Shown here: piece after piece, positions 62,486-64,000 of the stretch
Layout: each line of letters starts with the position of its first letter
Position numbering within the stretch: position 1 is the stretch's first letter
NCBI GenBank assembly: GCA_030390025.1
Contig: CM059439.1
Span: forward strand, 63,798,001-63,862,000
Source of the DNA: Squalus acanthias
Taxonomy: Eukaryota
DNA length: 64,000 nucleotides
Direction: 5' to 3'
Made by a program: the position numbers and the translations under genes
Notes under the pieces: model-generated
Told to the model about the DNA's origin: nothing
Database searches by the model: none
What the model saw: only the letters and a program-made list of their open reading frames with translations

Positions 62486-64000
62486 TAATGGCAGATGCCC
62501 TGCTACAGCAAAATCTGGCCCATTATGCCTCATCTTTGTTCTACAGTTCTAAGTTTGTTCTAGGTAAAGGAAGTAGGTTCTTATTTGCTCAGATCTACAT
62601 GGACCTGTTGAGTACAGATATTAACTGAAATAATAAGTGTTATCACTTTATATAGTATTCAGCATAGCAATGTGTGGAGATTTGTAATTATAAAGCCGCA
62701 AAGGAATTGAAAGAAACATATAAAACTGCTGCAATGAAACTGTACAAATATATTTTACAAAACAACTTGTAAATGAAATAATTTATCTGGGTAAAGGTTT
62801 GTGGAGCATAGAATTCAGAAAAGCCCATATCATTGCCCTATCAGTAAAAAGAAAATATTTGTAAAGCACAGCCTTGGAAAAAAAGTTTTTAAGAGCTCAG
62901 CTGGGAGAGATGACATTTGGGTGGAATAGAAATAACAAAAAACTTAAACCTTAACTTCAGTTATTTAATGGTTACATCAAGCCCTACTGATTGCCCAAGT
63001 TACTGCTACCCTATGTTTTCATTTTCAGAAATCCTCGGCTCAGTTTCCACCAGGTGTTTGCAAATGTATATAATTTAGCTTAATTTCAAATTAATTTCTC
63101 ACAGAAATTGTTTTTAAATGTGTTTGTAGGGTTTGTGAAAAAAATCTTAAAAAGAGGATTATCATATCATACACTAGGGAGTAATGAAAGTCCCACTGTT
63201 TGTAGAGTGTGGAGCAAAGGAGCCTGTGAGTGGAACCTATCTGAGATAATGATCTGACCAATCTATACACTGTCTGAAGGTTGGACTGCATCTTTGGGAA
63301 GGACTTTTACTGGGTTGTACAACCTCTGTTTCTGGCAAAGTTCTGTCTGGTTTCTAGCATCCCCAGGTGTGCAGTTTAGTTACATAGATTGGTCAGATTA
63401 TCTCATACATGTTCCATTCACTGTCTCTTTAGCTCCACATTCAAAGGAACACATGTACAAACAGAAGAGTGTTCATTGCTCCCTAGTGTAGCTATGACAT
63501 ACCTCTCTTTGTAACAAAGATTGAGGCTTTACTCAGGAATATTGCTCTCCATCTTGAGAAACAGAATAGAAACTGTTGAAATTAAGTATTTTTCATCTCA
63601 TCATAAACAACCTGCTCCCCACCAATTATTATAATCCAGTAATTAGAATGAAACTTCATAATAGGCAGCTCCAGAGACAGCAGAATCCATCCAGTGGAGG
63701 TTAAGCACACCTATATTCTTCTCCCACTTTTCTTGGCATCTCTTAGCTATTGAAAGCTGAATGTGCTGATTCAATCAGATTGGCTGGCAGGTTCCTCTCG
63801 GCTGACCCTCAGACGAATTGTGCCAAATGCTGGAACTTCAATGATAAGATCTCCAGGATCTGAATGCTCTCTGGAGCAGGATGACCATGAGAATTTTCAG
63901 CCACAAAGTTGAGCACGGAGCAGTTGAAGGAACTAGAAGCCTCTGTTCCAGGTCTGCTTTGAAACCTGAGGCTCCAATATCTGTGAGCGAGCAACCTTGG

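Overview
Vertebrate genomic DNA, most likely a shark or other cartilaginous fish, inferred from the repeat content (Deu-domain SacSINE1-like SINEs, CR1 and L2 LINEs, an LF-SINE-like element, Penelope-type ends). The only host protein-coding gene I can support is the 5' part of SSBP3 on the minus strand: coding exons 1-4 (46882-46827, 46507-46435, 46208-46147, 41839-41755) splice at GT-AG sites into a 92-aa LUFS/LisH N-terminus. They follow a CCAAT-rich CpG-island promoter, and a >41.7 kb intron 4 runs off the left edge. The rest is repeats: a near-full-length CR1 LINE with an uninterrupted endonuclease-RT ORF2, truncated CR1/L2 copies, many SINEs, a hAT MITE with perfect TIRs and TSD, a fossil hAT transposase, satellites and two local duplications. 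The most striking observation is the CR1 ORF1/ORF2 junction. ORF2 has no AUG before the end of its endonuclease domain and overlaps ORF1 in the -1 frame. A U_UUA_AAC slippery heptamer sits in the correct phase just before the ORF1 stop, suggesting virus-style -1 ribosomal frameshifting. Other notable items are stop-start-coupled uORFs in the SSBP3 leader, a 137-bp ~97% identical inverted duplication and a hammerhead-like core in a Penelope remnant. All family assignments come from motif recognition by eye, with no database search; most repeat boundaries are approximate.
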